Positions 62,606 to 64,000 of a DNA stretch of 64,000 nucleotides are shown one piece after another; positions within the stretch are counted from its first letter, which is position 1; each line of letters begins with the position of its first letter. The notes under the pieces are model-generated. The model was not told the origin of the DNA and made no database searches. It worked only from the letters and a program-made list of their open reading frames with translations. This DNA is from Lama glama (Eukaryota). The stretch is taken from positions 94,490,001 to 94,554,000 of the forward strand of contig CM052817.1 of the NCBI GenBank assembly GCA_028534125.1, given 5' to 3'. Made by a program: the position numbers and the translations under genes.

Positions 62606-64000
62606 TTTTGAATTATGCAAAATTGTGAAACGCCTGTCAATAAAGATACGTGGGTATCTGCTTAATGAAGATTATGAAAGGGTCCAGTCCAATCTTCACT
62701 TCAGGGAACTGGTAGCTACATGTTAAATTTACTTTGCATAAATTCAGTGGGTGTTGCCGATGAAATGAATCCCAGAGCTGCTGTGGTGCAAAATGTCTCC
62801 CGAGATCCGGTTTCCTTTATTTTTATATCCTCTACACAAAAGAGCAATCCTTGTCAAGCACAGTGAGTAAACATTTTTTAAATTGACGCATGCGCACTAC
62901 ATCTAAGACAGTCTTCTTACTTATTCCTTATCTTAAGAGTGCTAAGCTTCCTTAACTACATCCAGACCCTCCCGCCCCCAGGCCTGTTCCTTTTGAGGAA
63001 CTGGTAAACATCCCTGTTTGCAAGCAATGTTTCCCCTGGGAACAGGCAGAGTCACTTGGCAGGAAATTCTGTTTGCAGACAAGTCCGGCCACTTCTGTGA
63101 GATGTCCCGCGTGCAGGCACACCCACAGTTTTCATGCTAAATCTCCTTCAAGTGGGCATAGTGAGGCAGTAGTGTTAGCAGAAAGAGGGACCCTCAGATT
63201 GGAAAGCCCACCAGACAGCTGGGTCCTTGCCTGCTGATTGAGAAGGAATTCTCAGTAGGGGCAGAGGGACAAAGTGAAAACACACACACAGACAGAGAAA
63301 CACACAAAACTGCTTTATTGCTCAGAAAGAGATGAGAAAACAGCAACAAAACAAAACAACAAAAACACTCGAGTAGGGAGCCGTCAGCCAGGGAGCGGGT
63401 TGAGACAGCTCCAGCTCCCAGTTGGTTCTTTTACTGGAAGGCTCTGACACCATGATCTCCCTTCTGATGCTGCCAGCCATCTTCTGCTATGGGCTCGTCC
63501 TCCCACGGAGCGCAGCCCTAAGACAGAAACTTTGGCAGGAAAAGAGAGAAGAAAGAAAGGGATACTGGGGTATGTCCTTGGGATTATGCAGCCGTTGTGG
63601 AAGATAAAACGTCTTATTGTATGGCTGTGTCCTGGGAACCAAGGAGCCAGCTGCCGGATGAGAGGAAGTGTCCTGTTTTTCAGCAGCCTGGCATCTTCTT
63701 TCCCTTGTTGATAACCAGCCAGGGCCAGTCAGCCTGTCTGATCACCTCTCCCAGCAGCAGCCAGGAGCTGCCCGGCTGGACAGCCAAGAGACAGACCGAA
63801 GGCCTGGGATGAGGGCCAGGCTGAGGGCGCAATTGCGGAGCTAGGAACCTTCTCGTTTTTCACGTGGAGATCCTTGTGGGCCAGAGTGAACGTGACTTCC
63901 TCCGTAAGAAATAAATGTATGTGAAAACTGTAATTACCATCGGAGGGCTCTAAGGGCTGAAGACACTCTCCACCTCATGGCAAGTCATGCAGCGATGTAA

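Noticed and set aside
1..64000. Prokaryotic-type systems (CRISPR arrays, operons, defence islands)
   Set aside because: The sequence is mammalian, with no regularly spaced repeat-spacer array or dense ORF structure.

Overview
AT-rich, repeat-dense eutherian genomic DNA with one 100-N gap. It is most likely camelid, inferred from three copies of a Vic-1-like tRNA-derived SINE. None of the supplied ORFs is a real gene. Reading splice sites by hand reveals one seven-exon minus-strand gene spanning about 35.6-62.5 kb: the glycophorin A (GYPA) orthologue, with an erythroid GATA/E-box/GC-box promoter. The most direct splice path gives a 105-aa protein: MQRKIIIALLLSGYIFTASPQNSPNTGSPATTPTGGPAAPTPTPGLTQVPQEAGPQYEPPFSAPVITVIVFAVMAGIIGIILLSFYLSVNIKRRASVRPSQPSRI*. 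The gene carries several apparent lesions: a lost splice acceptor at exon 3 that removes an N-F-S sequon, probable compensating indels just after the TM helix, a frameshift and premature TAG in the cytoplasmic exon (predicted to escape NMD), and an out-of-frame ancestral stop in the last exon. These point to a remodelled, tail-truncated or decaying glycophorin, unless they are assembly errors. The rest is intergenic or intronic L1, L2, MIR, MaLR/ERV LTR and hAT remnants, including a twin-primed L1, a short 3' transduction, an ORF2-deleted L1 and a nested MaLR provirus. All comparisons with human, pig or horse glycophorin and all repeat family names come from memory and need database confirmation.
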